Source of the DNA: Arenimonas oryziterrae DSM 21050 = YC6267
GTDB taxonomy: Bacteria; Pseudomonadota; Gammaproteobacteria; Xanthomonadales; Xanthomonadaceae
Length of the DNA: 64,000 bases
Assembly (NCBI RefSeq): GCF_000420545.1
Contig: NZ_ATVD01000003.1
Location: forward strand, 422,370 to 486,369
Reading direction: 5' to 3'
The position numbers were made by a program, and so were the translations under genes. The notes beneath the pieces were generated by a model, which saw nothing but the letters and a program-made list of their open reading frames with translations, ran no database searches and was not told the DNA's origin. This document shows, piece by piece, positions 1 to 12,083 of the stretch. The stretch's first letter is position 1; every line of letters starts with the position of its first letter.

Positions 1-153
1 CGGCGACAGGGCCTCGATGAAGCTGCGTTCTTCGGCGGCATCCTGCGCGGTGACCGGACGCACCACGACCTGCGACAGGTCCCGAAGGGTTTCGGTCCAG
101 CGCGGGTAGTTCTTGTCCAGGGCCCAGGGCAACACGGGTTCGATGGGTGTCAT
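1..153 (-). CDS. N-terminal fragment of an acetyltransferase-like protein (continues past the window edge)
   Basis: ATG at 151-153 (minus strand) opens the frame MTPIEPVLPWALDKNYPRWTETLRDLSQVVVRPVTAQDAAEERSFIEALSP, which runs off the left edge. It is absent from the ORF track because there is no stop in the window. The VRPxxxxDxxxxxxFIxxLS pattern is reminiscent of the start of GNAT/Pat-type domains. Confidence 0.3.
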   Translation of the reverse strand, partial: MTPIEPVLPWALDKNYPRWTETLRDLSQVVVRPVTAQDAAEERSFIEALSP

Positions 154-247
154 GGCCGGCTCCGACTCGGGCATTGACGCCATGATCCGCCGATGCCGGC
201 AGACGGCGTTGATCTGGATCAAGTCCGGACGCGAGGGCCCCGGCGGC

Positions 248-1699
248 CTAGTCGGCGACCGTGGTCTGGGTGATGCGCGCGGCCAGATAGTCGAAGAATG
301 GATTGCAGTTCATGCGCAGGATCTGGTCGGCACCGACGGTGAGTGCGCCGCGTTCGCCGTGCAGGGCGATCGTGCCCAGGCGGATGCCGAAGTCCTCGTC
401 CTGGCGCGGCTCGAGTCCGTACAGCGCATCGTCCATCGGAAACGGCAGCGCGACATGCGACAGCGAATACACTGTCGGCGGAAACGCCAGGTCCAGCGGA
501 CGCGATTGCGTCGCCCGGCTGTCGGCCGCGACGCTGCGTTCGACCACGGCCAGGCGGTGATCGTCGGCATTGGTGATCAGGCTCAGGCGGAAATGCCGTG
601 GCGCATCCGATTGCAGTGTCGCCGCGAAGCCGCTGGCTTCGCGCGTGAGCATCGGCGCGATGATGCTTTCACGGTTGACGTCGAACAGCACGAGCTCGCT
701 GCCATTGGCCGGCAGTTGCTCGAACAGCGCATGCACGACGTCGCCCGTGCTTACCGTGCCGTCGAGCACTGACTGGAACCCCAGGATCGGCGGCAGGCGC
801 GCGCTGTCGCCGCTGAGGCGCAGTGCGCGTACCTGCGCCTTCACCGTCGTGGTCAGCAGATAGGACTGGATCGCGCCGTTGACCGGAAAGGAGTTGTATT
901 TGAACGGATTGAACTCCGGCTGCACGTCCAGCCACAGCGACTTCTCGAAATACGGCAGGCTGCCCAGCGCCGGCAGCATGCGCGAGAACGCCGCGGCGCG
1001 GCCGACGCCGATCATCGGCGAGATCAGCACGAGACGATCGGGTCGCGGCAGGTCGCTGTCCGGATCCTCGGCGACATCCATCGCGTATTTCAGTGCGAGC
1101 GCGCCGCCGTTGGAATAACCGACGATGTGGAACGGGCGATCCGGGCCGGTGCGCGCACGCACTTCGCGCGCTGCCACGCGCACGGCGGCGAGCCAGTCCT
1201 GCCATTGCACATCGAGCAGGCCGGCAGGAATCGTGCCGTGGCCGGGCAGGCGCGGCATCACCACGACATAGCCTTGGGCTTCGTACAGCGCGGCGACGTG
1301 ACGCAGGCTGTAGGGCGAATCGCTGAGGCCATGCAGCAACAGTACGCCGCCGCGTACCGTCGTCGGCGTGCTCTCGTAGGAGCGGTTCCAGTCGGTCGTG
1401 CCGGCGCGCGCGCCGAGAGGATGACCGGCGGCATAGCGGTAGCCGCCACTGGCGGGCGTGGCGGCGATCTTGCGTTGCAGCTCGGCGAACAGCCGCGCCT
1501 CGCGTTGCCGGTAGGCCGACCAGGTCATGTCCGCGCCCAGATCTTCGGCACGCATCTCTTCGACCAGGTCCAGGCGATGCCAAGGTTCCAGATCGGGCAG
1601 CGAGCGCGCCTCGAACGCGCGCACCAGCACTACCAGCGCGAGCGCACCGAGCAGCAGCAACAGCAGATTGCGCAGAAAACGCCACACTTTCGACGGCAT
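248..1699 (-). CDS. membrane-anchored alpha/beta hydrolase
   Basis: 483-aa ORF with an ATG start. It has an N-terminal hydrophobic helix (LLLLLLGALALVVLV) and a GYSNGG nucleophile elbow (GxSxG), with compositionally coherent coding frame. Confidence 0.8.
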   Translation of the reverse strand: MPSKVWRFLRNLLLLLLGALALVVLVRAFEARSLPDLEPWHRLDLVEEMRAEDLGADMTWSAYRQREARLFAELQRKIAATPASGGYRYAAGHPLGARAGTTDWNRSYESTPTTVRGGVLLLHGLSDSPYSLRHVAALYEAQGYVVVMPRLPGHGTIPAGLLDVQWQDWLAAVRVAAREVRARTGPDRPFHIVGYSNGGALALKYAMDVAEDPDSDLPRPDRLVLISPMIGVGRAAAFSRMLPALGSLPYFEKSLWLDVQPEFNPFKYNSFPVNGAIQSYLLTTTVKAQVRALRLSGDSARLPPILGFQSVLDGTVSTGDVVHALFEQLPANGSELVLFDVNRESIIAPMLTREASGFAATLQSDAPRHFRLSLITNADDHRLAVVERSVAADSRATQSRPLDLAFPPTVYSLSHVALPFPMDDALYGLEPRQDEDFGIRLGTIALHGERGALTVGADQILRMNCNPFFDYLAARITQTTVAD

Positions 1700-1845
1700 C
1701 GTTCGCTCCCGGGGCGAGCTGCATCCTAGCCGTGCGCTGCGGCGAACGGGAAGCGGCGGCGGTCATAACGCCGGCGTAACGATCGTGCAGGAACTAAATC
1801 GTCTCTCGAAAGGTTTAGGCTGCACCCAAACCACGAGTGCCGCCC

Positions 1846-2868
1846 ATGCGTCGTCCCATCACCTGTCTGCTCCTGACCTTCGCCCTTCTGCCGCCGGCCT
1901 TCGCGCAGGATGCCGGCACCGACGTAGACGCCGTCCGTCCCTTGCCTGCCGGTCCAATCACCGATCTGCACGAAGTGCAGGTGACTGGCGAGACCGCCGG
2001 ACCGGGTCTGTGGATGGTGTCCAAGGGCACGAATGTGATGTGGGTGCTGGGCACGCAGTCGCCGATGCCCGAGAAGATGAGCTGGCGCTCGACCCAGGTG
2101 AATGCGGTCATCGCACAATCGCAGGAAGTGATCCGCGCGCCGTCGGTCTCGATGACCTCTGATATCGGCTTCTTCGGCAAGCTCGCCCTGCTGCCGTCCC
2201 TGGTCGGCGTGCGCAACAATCCCGGCGGCGCCACGCTCGACACGATACTCGCGCCGCCGCTGTACGCGCGCTGGCAGGTGCTCAAGGGCAAGTACATCGG
2301 TCGCGATGGCAGCGTGGAGAAGTGGCGGCCGATCTTCGCCGCACAAAAGCTCTACGACGAGGCGATCCACGACGTCGGCCTGAGCACACGCGACATCGTC
2401 TGGCCAGTCATCGACACGATCATCGCCGAGCACAAGGTGCCGATGACCCGTCCGGTGGTGGAAATGGCGGTCGAATCGCCCAAGCGCATGGTCGCCGAGT
2501 TCAAGAAATCACCGATGGACGACCTCGAATGCTTCACGCGCACGCTCGACCGGCTCGAGACCGATCTGGAAAGCATGAAACTGCGCGCCAACGCCTGGGC
2601 GACCGGCGATCTGGAAGCGATGCGCGCCCTGCCCTATACCGACCAGCGCATGGCCTGCGACAACGCGATCATGAATGCCAGCGTCGTGCAGAAGAGCGGC
2701 ATGAAGGACCTGCGCACGCGCGCAAGCGAGGCCTGGATGGTCGCCGTCGAAGCGGCGCTGGCGAAAAACCGCACGACCTTCGCGGTGCTGCCGATGTCGG
2801 AACTGCTCGCGCCCGACGGCTACCTCGCGCAACTGCGTGCGCGCGGCTACCAGGTCATCGAACCCTGA
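1846..2868 (+). CDS. TraB/GumN family protein (secreted)
   Basis: The ORF track starts at GTG 1837, but ATG at 1846 (MRRPITCLLLTFALLPPAFAQ) gives a classic signal peptide. Size and composition are typical of the TraB/GumN family (recalled, not searched). Confidence 0.7.
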   Translation: MRRPITCLLLTFALLPPAFAQDAGTDVDAVRPLPAGPITDLHEVQVTGETAGPGLWMVSKGTNVMWVLGTQSPMPEKMSWRSTQVNAVIAQSQEVIRAPSVSMTSDIGFFGKLALLPSLVGVRNNPGGATLDTILAPPLYARWQVLKGKYIGRDGSVEKWRPIFAAQKLYDEAIHDVGLSTRDIVWPVIDTIIAEHKVPMTRPVVEMAVESPKRMVAEFKKSPMDDLECFTRTLDRLETDLESMKLRANAWATGDLEAMRALPYTDQRMACDNAIMNASVVQKSGMKDLRTRASEAWMVAVEAALAKNRTTFAVLPMSELLAPDGYLAQLRARGYQVIEP

Positions 2869-2880
2869 GGTCCGGTGCGG

Positions 2881-4170
2881 TCACAGCTGCGAGGAGAACA
2901 GCGTCGCCAGATGTTCGAGCACGCGCTCGCGCCGCGGGCGCGCCTGCCACTTGGCGAGCGTGACCGACTGGCTCCGACTTAGGTCGGCTTCAAAGACCGC
3001 GGTCATCCTTCGGGCGAAGTCCGCGTCGTAGACATTGAGGTTGGCCTCGTCGTTGAGCCGGAAACTGCGGTTGTCGAAGTTGGTCGAGCCGACTGACACC
3101 AGCTGGCCATCGACGATGAGCATCTTGCAGTGGAACATCGTCGGCAGATATTCATGGATGACGGCGCCTGCGGCCAGCAGCTCGCCCCAGTTTGCGCGCG
3201 ACGCCCGCCGGACGATCGCCGTGTCGATGTGATCGCCCGGCACAAGGATGCGCACACGCACGCCGCGTCCCAGCGCTTCTCGCAAGGCCAGGCGCGTCAT
3301 CGCATCGGGAACGAAATACGCTGCCGACAGATCGATGCTCACCTTGGCCGCGGTGATGGACAGCAGGTACATCAGCTGCATGCTGTCCGCGCCGCCGCTG
3401 GGCGAACTGGTGAACATCTGCGCGCTCGTCCGACCCACCGGAGGCAGCGGCGGAAAATAGTCCTCGCCGCGCAGCACCTCGCCCGTGGTCTTGATCCAGT
3501 TGTCCATGAAGGCCGCCTGCATCTGGCCGACAGCGGGGCCCTCGACGCGGAAATGCGAGTCCCGCCATTGCGTCGGATTCTGCGCGTTGCCCGCCCACTG
3601 GTCGGCGATGCCGACGCCGCCGGTGAAGCCCACCCGGCCGTCGATCATGAGCAGCTTGCGGTGGGTGCGGTTGTTCATGCGCGCCAGGTGATACCAGCGC
3701 AAGGGGTGGTAACGGCGCAGCTCGACGCCGGCGACGCGCATGCGCTCGAGCATGCGCTCGTCCATGCGCTGGCTGCCGACCCAGTCGATCAGCATGTGCA
3801 CTTTCACGCCGGCACGCGCGCGCTCGGCCAGGGCATCGGCGAAATCCTCGCCGACCGCTCCCGACCAGTAGATGTAGGTCTCGAAGGTGATGCTGCGCTT
3901 GGCCGCGCGCACGGCTGCGAGCATGGACGGGAAAATCTCCCGTCCGTTCTCCAGGTTGATGATGGCGCTGTCGCTGATGATCGGCGGCCCGAGCAGGGTG
4001 CCCAGTTCGCGGCGGAACTGCTCGTCGGAAATACCGTGGCCGTGTCGAACTTTTTTCTCGATGTGCTTTTCCGGCTCGACGAAATTGAGCACAAGCAGGG
4101 TGGAGACCAGGGCGAGAAGCGCGCCAAGGATGCCGGCGATGATCATGGACTTGCGACTCCGGTGGGGCAT
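2881..4170 (-). CDS. cls: phospholipase D-family cardiolipin synthase
   Basis: Two HKD motifs (HRKLLMIDGRVGFTGG and HCKMLIVDGQLVSVGSTNFDNRS) follow an N-terminal TM helix (MIIAGILGALLALVSTLLVL). Internal Met (MPHRSRKSMIIAG..., residue 50 of the ORF-track frame) was chosen as start; the track's longer N-terminal extension (start 4317) lacks support. Confidence 0.85.
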   Translation of the reverse strand: MPHRSRKSMIIAGILGALLALVSTLLVLNFVEPEKHIEKKVRHGHGISDEQFRRELGTLLGPPIISDSAIINLENGREIFPSMLAAVRAAKRSITFETYIYWSGAVGEDFADALAERARAGVKVHMLIDWVGSQRMDERMLERMRVAGVELRRYHPLRWYHLARMNNRTHRKLLMIDGRVGFTGGVGIADQWAGNAQNPTQWRDSHFRVEGPAVGQMQAAFMDNWIKTTGEVLRGEDYFPPLPPVGRTSAQMFTSSPSGGADSMQLMYLLSITAAKVSIDLSAAYFVPDAMTRLALREALGRGVRVRILVPGDHIDTAIVRRASRANWGELLAAGAVIHEYLPTMFHCKMLIVDGQLVSVGSTNFDNRSFRLNDEANLNVYDADFARRMTAVFEADLSRSQSVTLAKWQARPRRERVLEHLATLFSSQL

Positions 4171-4396
4171 GTCGGACGCGACGCGGCGCCCGGACAGGCT
4201 GGCAGGTCGTGGTGCGCTTGGATAGGAGAAGAGAAAAAAGTCCGGACCAGTCCCTGAGTGCTGGTCCGGCAAGCCAGACGGCAGGCCAGAAGCGCGCTGC
4301 CGATAGGAGCTAAACAATCCGTGGCGGGTGGCTCGGTCCGTGAGCCTTCGGGCGAGGTTCCGCGCCCGACCCGCCGCGTGAATCCATCCTCAGGAA

Positions 4397-4852
4397 TCAG
4401 CTGGCGGGAAGTTCCGACAGCGAGTGGTGCGTAAGCGCGGAAATCTCGTCGTGCATGCGTTGCACGTCGGGCAGGTACAGCTTGGCCAGCTCACGCACGC
4501 GATCGGACGGGTCCGAGGCGCTGGCCAGACGGAACGCATCGAGGATGCGATCTTCCTGCGACTCGATCTGGTCGAGCCAGGCCTGGTTGGTGTCGTTGGC
4601 GAGCTTGGATTGCAGTTCGGCGTAGCCGTGACGCAGCGCGCCGATCCAGCTGCCGTCCAGGTGCGGGGCTTCGCCCTCGATGGCAATCTCGGCATTGAGA
4701 TCGGCGGCGATGGCGCTCTTGATGTGGCGCATCCGGAAGAACACGTCCGCGTGATGCGGATTCTCCGATTTGCGCGAGGCCTGATCGTAAAACGCGATGC
4801 CGTCGTTGAGGGCATGCACGAGGTCGATGAGCGAGTGCGAGATTCGGGTCAT
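4397..4852 (-). CDS. PA2169/DUF2383-like four-helix-bundle protein
   Basis: The track ORF (189 aa) has an implausible Pro/Arg-rich N-terminus. The internal ATG (MTRISHSLIDLVHALNDGIAFYDQA...) gives a 151-aa helical, ferritin-like protein. Family assignment is from memory. Confidence 0.55.
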   Translation of the reverse strand: MTRISHSLIDLVHALNDGIAFYDQASRKSENPHHADVFFRMRHIKSAIAADLNAEIAIEGEAPHLDGSWIGALRHGYAELQSKLANDTNQAWLDQIESQEDRILDAFRLASASDPSDRVRELAKLYLPDVQRMHDEISALTHHSLSELPAS

Positions 4853-4965
4853 GTCAGGGCTCCGGGAAGGTGTCGGGGGCGCCGCACGATAGACGAGTGT
4901 AGATCGTCCGACGCCCCCGACCATCGACCGGCCGCCATCCTGGCAGCGCGATCGAAAGGGGGGCA

Positions 4966-5415
4966 TTACTTCTTCATGGCGTCGGCGTTGTGCTCGGTGG
5001 CATCACGTTCGGCCTGGGCGGCGGCCTTGGCGCCGTCGTAGGCAGCTTCGGCCATCTTGTTGCAAGCCGACTGCTGGTCGCCCGGCAACGCATCGCATTT
5101 TTCCTTGGCGATTTTGCGCTCGCCATCGGCCTTGGTGACGGCCACGTCATAGGCGGCCGCTGCGTTGTCGGAAATGGCATCGGCCGTCGCATCGGTCACT
5201 TCGGCATTGCCTTCGCTGCTGGCGGCGGCGATGTCCTGATTGCCTTCGGCAGCCGTCTGAGCGGCATCGCTGGCGGCGGCATTGACGTCGGCCTGGGCAT
5301 CGGCGGCGGCTTCGGCGACATCGGCGCGGGTTTCCGCCGGGTCTTCCTGCTTGTTGCAGGCCGACAAGGCGAGAGCGCAGGAAAGAGCGAGCAGGGCGGG
5401 GGCGAACTTGTTCAT
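4966..5415 (-). CDS. Ala/Asp/Glu-rich lipoprotein
   Basis: Signal peptide with lipobox (LALSAC), followed by a low-complexity acidic Ala-rich body and a Cys-containing C-terminus. ATG start. Confidence 0.6.
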   Translation of the reverse strand: MNKFAPALLALSCALALSACNKQEDPAETRADVAEAAADAQADVNAAASDAAQTAAEGNQDIAAASSEGNAEVTDATADAISDNAAAAYDVAVTKADGERKIAKEKCDALPGDQQSACNKMAEAAYDGAKAAAQAERDATEHNADAMKK

Positions 5416-5816
5416 GGGAACTCCAGGGTCAGGGAATGACGGAGCGTCGGACGCTCAGGAAGAGCCTCATCAAGTTCCGTGCCATGCCTGCGAGCCTTGT
5501 ATTTCGCGGGTTTCAGCGCCGGCGCCGCGTGGCCGTCTTGGCGATATGCACGAGGGGGTCGTCGCCATCGTGCGACCTGCATGAGCGCGGTGTGTCGCGC
5601 GTAGAAAAACGACACATGCCCCGCGTCGGGTGATTTGCCCGAAGCGACGGAGCGATCGGGCAAAACAACGCACGTGTTCGCCGCGCACAGAAGGCACATC
5701 GCCCTGAAAGCCGCGTCCAGCGGGCTTGTGCGCACGCGACGAGGCTTGGCATGGAACTTGGTATCCCTTACTCAGGCCCGTTGCCTTTGGCCTGTCCCCC
5801 ACCACGGAGAGATCCC

Positions 5817-5978
5817 ATGCTGCATTACGCCGTCGTCTTTTTCGTCATCGCGGTCATCGCCGCCGTCCTGGGTTTCGGCGGTCTGGCCGGTGCGGCAGTC
5901 GGTATCGCGAAGATCCTGTTCTTCGTCTTCCTGATCCTGTTCGTGCTGTCGCTGATCTTCGGTCGCCGCAAGGTCTGA
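5817..5978 (+). CDS. DUF1328-family small membrane protein
   Basis: [53 protein letters not shown] is the canonical DUF1328 sequence. The internal ATG is preceded by GGAGAG SD; the ORF-track extension from 5751 was rejected. Confidence 0.75.
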   Translation: MLHYAVVFFVIAVIAAVLGFGGLAGAAVGIAKILFFVFLILFVLSLIFGRRKV

Positions 5979-5995
5979 CCCCGCTCCCGCCGCAG

Positions 5996-6033
5996 CAAAA
6001 AGAGCGCCGCTTTCGCGGCGCTCTTTTTTTTAG
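5996..6033. terminator. bidirectional rho-independent terminator
   Basis: aaaaagagcgccgctttcgcggcgctcttttttt forms a perfect GC hairpin flanked by A-run and T-run. It lies between convergent genes (DUF1328 on + and the kinase operon on -). Confidence 0.7.
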
Positions 6034-6042
6034 CCTTTGTTC

Positions 6043-7104
6043 TCAGGCCAGCGGCAGTTCCAGCGTGAACATCGATCCGCCGCCATCGCGATCGTCGTAC
6101 CAAAGATCGCCGCCCATCGTGCGCGCGCGCTGCTTGGCCAGCGCCAGGCCCAGGCCCGTGGAGGATTCGCCCTGCGTGGGCTGCGGGCTCAGGCGCACAT
6201 AACGCTGGAACAGGCGCTCGCGGTCGCGCGGCGAGATGCCGGGGCCGCGATCGAGCACCGACAGGCGGCCATGCGGGCCGCGGTGCGTCGCCTGCAGGCT
6301 CACCTCGCTGCCCGCCGGCGAATATTTTAAGGCATTCGAGACCATGTTCTGCAGCACGTGGATGGTGCCGGCGCGATGGCCGCACACGCGGATGTCCTCG
6401 CTGGCCGGCGCAATGCGCAGCATGATCTGCTTGACCTGCGCCTGTCGCTGCAGCAGCTCGATGATGTGCTCGAACAGTTCACCCGCGCGCAGCGGCTGCA
6501 CCGCCGTGCCCTGTGCCTGCTGGCCCTGCTGATCGAGGAACGCCTGCAGGAACAGCACGCCCGAATCGGCCGAGGTGCGGATCGATTCGGCCAGGCGCAG
6601 CCGCGTCTCCACCGGCAGGTCGGGGTCACGCAGCATGTCGGCGGCGAACAGCACGTTGGCGAAATAATTGCGCAGGTCGTGGCTGACGATGTCGGCGACC
6701 TGCTGGCGTTCGTCGGCGACGCGCGCGAGGCGGTCGCGTGACTGCTTGAGTTCGAGATGGGTGCGCACGCGCGCGAGCAGTTCTTCGGACACGAAAGGCT
6801 TGGTGATGTAGTCGACCGCGCCCGCGGCAAAGGCACGGGTCAGGCTATCGCGCTCGTTGTCGGCCGTGAGGAAAACCACCGGGATGTCGCGCGTCGCCGG
6901 ATTGTCGCGCAATTGTTCGAGCACCTCGAAACCGGTCATGCCCGGCATGCGCATGTCCAACAGCACGAGGTCCGGCGCGGACGCCACGGCCAGCTCCAGT
7001 CCTTCGCGACCGCTCATGGCCGGCACCACCTCGTAATTGGCGCGCGACAGCAACTGACCGACCAGGCGCACGTTGGCGTCCTGATCATCGATCACCAGCA
7101 CCAC
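6043..7104 (-). CDS. response-regulator/histidine-kinase fusion (REC-HisKA-HATPase)
   Basis: REC domain (VLVIDDQ...LLDMRMPGMTG...YITKPF), H-box (VSHDLRNYFANV) and G2 box (GLGLALAKQ). The track ORF start at 7605 overlaps the upstream gene. Start set to GTG ~7101-7104 (VVLVIDD); an alternative GTG at 7140 would overlap the upstream stop by 11 bp. Confidence 0.7.
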   Translation of the reverse strand: MVLVIDDQDANVRLVGQLLSRANYEVVPAMSGREGLELAVASAPDLVLLDMRMPGMTGFEVLEQLRDNPATRDIPVVFLTADNERDSLTRAFAAGAVDYITKPFVSEELLARVRTHLELKQSRDRLARVADERQQVADIVSHDLRNYFANVLFAADMLRDPDLPVETRLRLAESIRTSADSGVLFLQAFLDQQGQQAQGTAVQPLRAGELFEHIIELLQRQAQVKQIMLRIAPASEDIRVCGHRAGTIHVLQNMVSNALKYSPAGSEVSLQATHRGPHGRLSVLDRGPGISPRDRERLFQRYVRLSPQPTQGESSTGLGLALAKQRARTMGGDLWYDDRDGGGSMFTLELPLA

Positions 7105-7129
7105 CGGCAGGGGTGCGCCTACACCGGGT

Positions 7130-9274
<2,145 letters not shown>

Positions 9275-9343
9275 ACGAGGATTCCCCAGTGCAAGTCGGT
9301 GGTCGCGTCCCGTCGCGACCGATGGCCGCCCAACGGGCCGGTA

Positions 9344-9856
9344 TCAGGCGTTCATCAGCCAGATGGTGCCGTTGAGGATCAGAGCGAACGACACCCAGAG
9401 CGCGTACGGTACCAGCAGATAACCGGCCAGCGCGCGGATGCGACCGAAGCTCGTCGCCGTGGCCAGCACCGCGATCCAGAGCACGCAGATCTCGATGAAG
9501 GCCAGGCGCGGCGAGTGCAGGCCGAAAAACAGCGGCGTCCAGGCCAGGTTGAGCGCGAACTGCAGCGCGAACAGCGCCTGGGCCTGCCGGCGCAGGCGCG
9601 GTTCCACCGCCGGCTCACGCCGCACCAGCCACAGCGCGACGGCCATCAGCACGTATAGCGTGGTCCACACCGGCGCAAACACCCAGCCCGGCGGATTCCA
9701 CGTCGGCTTGAACAGGGTCGCGAACCAGTCGTCGGGGCCAAACAGCACCCCCATGCCCGTGCCCAATCCGAGCAGCAATCCGATCCATCCGGCGAGCGCC
9801 AGCCAGCGTGCGATGGCGGGGGGAGCGGCGTACTGCCGGGGAGATTGAACGCTCAT
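9344..9856 (-). CDS. tspO: TspO/MBR family tryptophan-rich sensory protein
   Basis: Trp/Pro-rich five-helix membrane protein (WFATLFKPTWNPPGWVFAPVWTTLYVLMAVALW). The internal ATG (MSVQSPRQYAAPP) was chosen; the track N-terminal extension (to 10006) is Arg/Ser-rich junk overlapping the upstream gene. Confidence 0.8.
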   Translation of the reverse strand: MSVQSPRQYAAPPAIARWLALAGWIGLLLGLGTGMGVLFGPDDWFATLFKPTWNPPGWVFAPVWTTLYVLMAVALWLVRREPAVEPRLRRQAQALFALQFALNLAWTPLFFGLHSPRLAFIEICVLWIAVLATATSFGRIRALAGYLLVPYALWVSFALILNGTIWLMNA

Positions 9857-9914
9857 GACAGGATTGTTTTCTTCTTGAGGTGAAGCCCGCGTCGGCGGGA
9901 TGTCGCGGACGTGC

Positions 9915-11300
9915 TTACAGGCCGTAGAGCTTGCGCTTGCGGTACAACGTGGACGTGTCGATGCCGAGCGTGCGCGCGGCCGATTCGAGATTGTCGCTGA
10001 CTGCAAGGATGCGTTCGATATGCAAACGTTCCAGGGCTTCGAGCGACATCAGCGCGCCCGCTTGCACCTCGTTGCGTGCGCCGCCGGTCACGGCCAGCAG
10101 GTCCGGACCAATGTCCTCGCCGCGCGCCAGGATCACTGCGCGTTCCATCATGTTCTGCAATTCACGCACATTGCCCGGCCACGCGTAACTGTGCAGCAGC
10201 GACAGCGCCGCCGGCGTGAGCCGGCGCGCCGGCAGGCCGTAGCTCGCGGCATAGCGGCGTACGAAGCCGGTGGCGAGATCGTCCAGATCCTCCAGGCGTT
10301 CGCGCAGTGGCGGCAAGGTGATCGAAATGACGTTGAGGCGATACAGCAGGTCGAGGCGGAACTGGCCGTCGCGCACCAGCGCGTCGAGATCGTGGTTGGT
10401 CGCGGCGATGATGCGGGCATCGGCCTTGCGCGTGACCGGATCGCCGACGCGTTCGTAGTCTTTGTCCTGGATGAAACGCAGCAGCTTGGGCTGCAGCGCG
10501 ACCGGGAAGTCGCCGATCTCGTCGAAGAACAGGGTGCCGCCATCGGCATGGCTCACGCGACCGACGGTGTTCTGCACCGCGCCGGTGAACGAGCCTTTGG
10601 AGTGGCCGAACAACTCGCTCTCCATCAGCTCGGCCGACAGCGAGGGGCAGTTGATCGTGACCAGGGCGCCGGCGGCGCGCGCGCTGTGGGCGTGGATCGC
10701 CTTGGCGAGCACGCCCTTGCCGGTGCCGCTTTCGCCGAGCACGAGCAGGTTCGCGTCGGTACGCGCGACCTGCAGGGCCAGATTGATCGCGGCCTGCATC
10801 GCGGCGTTCTTGCTGCTCAGTTCGGGCGTGTCCGAACCGGCCTGGCGTTCAAGCGAATCCAGACGATCGAGCAGGCGACGCGTATCGACCTGACGCGCGA
10901 CCGCGATGCGCAGCTGTTCGGGCAGGCAAGGTTTGACCAGGTAGTCGCTGGCGCCGCGGTCCATCGCAGCCACGGCATCGGCGACGCCGGCGCTGGCGGT
11001 GACCATGATCACGCGCATCAGCGGCGCGAGTTCGCGCAGGCGCGGCAAGGCCTCGAGGCCCGAATCGTGGCCGATGTTGCGATCGAGCAGGCAGGCATGG
11101 AACGGCTGCGTCGCGGCCAGGCGCAGGCCGTCGGCGAGCGTCTCGGCGGTCACGACCTTGTAGCCGTCCTGCGACAGGGCCAGAGCGAAGTTCTCCAGCA
11201 GACCGCGATCGTCGTCGATCGCGAGAATGCGGCCGGCCACGGGTTTGTCCTGGCTCGTCACGAGGTGCGGCTCCGGCAGCAGGGGGGACGCGGCCATCAT
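9915..11300 (-). CDS. sigma-54-dependent Fis-family response regulator (NtrC-like)
   Basis: REC (ILAIDDD...LLDRNIG), AAA+ sigma54-interaction domain (GESGTGKG, ESELFGH, GSFTGA) and a C-terminal Fis-type HTH. Start at MM (11300/11297); the track 5' extension was rejected. Confidence 0.85.
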   Translation of the reverse strand: MMAASPLLPEPHLVTSQDKPVAGRILAIDDDRGLLENFALALSQDGYKVVTAETLADGLRLAATQPFHACLLDRNIGHDSGLEALPRLRELAPLMRVIMVTASAGVADAVAAMDRGASDYLVKPCLPEQLRIAVARQVDTRRLLDRLDSLERQAGSDTPELSSKNAAMQAAINLALQVARTDANLLVLGESGTGKGVLAKAIHAHSARAAGALVTINCPSLSAELMESELFGHSKGSFTGAVQNTVGRVSHADGGTLFFDEIGDFPVALQPKLLRFIQDKDYERVGDPVTRKADARIIAATNHDLDALVRDGQFRLDLLYRLNVISITLPPLRERLEDLDDLATGFVRRYAASYGLPARRLTPAALSLLHSYAWPGNVRELQNMMERAVILARGEDIGPDLLAVTGGARNEVQAGALMSLEALERLHIERILAVSDNLESAARTLGIDTSTLYRKRKLYGL

Positions 11301-11338
11301 AGCCGCGTCCTTGTGCTTGCCCTGTGTGCGCGCGGACA

Positions 11339-11878
11339 TCAGGCGCCTCGACCCGTGCCGCGGAACTGGTAGGCCTCGAGGAAATACAGGGCCTTGTCGA
11401 GCGTCGCAGTCACCTCGATGAGCAGGTCCGACGATACTTTGTCGCCCGCGTCCTCGGTGCTGTCGATGCGCGCACGCACGTGCTTGGCGCACTGCGCGAC
11501 GCGATCGGCGATGTCGCCGACGATATCTTCCTGCAGGAATTCCGCCGGCAGTTCCTTGAGCTTGCTGGCTGCGGCGGCTTGGCGCACGGTGCCTTTGGCG
11601 AAACCGCCCAGGGACAGGATGCGTTCGGCGATCGTGTCGACCGGCTCGGTCAGCGTGCCGGCGATCTCGTCGAAGAGTTTGTGCAGGCCGAAAAAGCTAG
11701 GGCCCTTGACGTTCCAATGCGCCTGCTTGACCTGGCTTTGCAGGTCGAACACTTCCGCCAGCGTCAGATTGAGCGCGTCGGTCACCCGGCCGCGGGTCTT
11801 GGCGTCGAGGTCGTGGCGGGTCTTGAACGGGAGTTTGCTGTCGACCAGTTGGTGGGCTTTGCGCGGGGGGGTGGCCAT
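11339..11878 (-). CDS. dps: Dps family DNA-binding ferritin-like protein
   Basis: 179 aa. Ferritin-like di-iron motifs (HWNVKGPSFFGLHKLFDE...DxxAER) are typical of Dps. ATG is preceded by SD; the track GTG extension (to 11941) was rejected. Confidence 0.85.
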   Translation of the reverse strand: MATPPRKAHQLVDSKLPFKTRHDLDAKTRGRVTDALNLTLAEVFDLQSQVKQAHWNVKGPSFFGLHKLFDEIAGTLTEPVDTIAERILSLGGFAKGTVRQAAAASKLKELPAEFLQEDIVGDIADRVAQCAKHVRARIDSTEDAGDKVSSDLLIEVTATLDKALYFLEAYQFRGTGRGA

Positions 11879-12011
11879 GGGGAGCTCCTGAGCGGCGGGG
11901 GGATGCCGAGAACAGGAAGGCGATTGCAAAGCCCATGCCACGCCGAAAAGCCCCGTCCGGGCAAGGGTTTAGCGCCGACGCGCCGGTCGCGGCCGGGCAA
12001 AATGCAAAAAG

Positions 12012-12060
12012 ACCCCGCGCGACACCGTGCGTTTTGCACGGTGCCGGCGGGGTCGGGGCG
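12012..12060 (-). terminator. rho-independent terminator downstream of csbD-like gene
   Basis: Nested inverted repeat gaccccgcgcgacaccgtgcgttttgcacggtgccggcggggtc, followed on the minus strand by a T-rich run (tttttgcatttt). Confidence 0.5.
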
Positions 12061-12083
12061 CGAGGCCCCGGACCGGCCCAGAC

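Noticed and set aside
113-772. 219-aa + strand ORF at window start
   Set aside because: TTG start and Arg-rich sequence. It is antisense to the well-supported alpha/beta hydrolase and the edge acetyltransferase fragment.
9275-9343. Hairpin ggtcgcgtcccgtcgcgacc downstream of tspO as terminator
   Set aside because: No T-run follows on the transcribed strand. It is more likely a stabilising stem or nothing, so it was not called a terminator.
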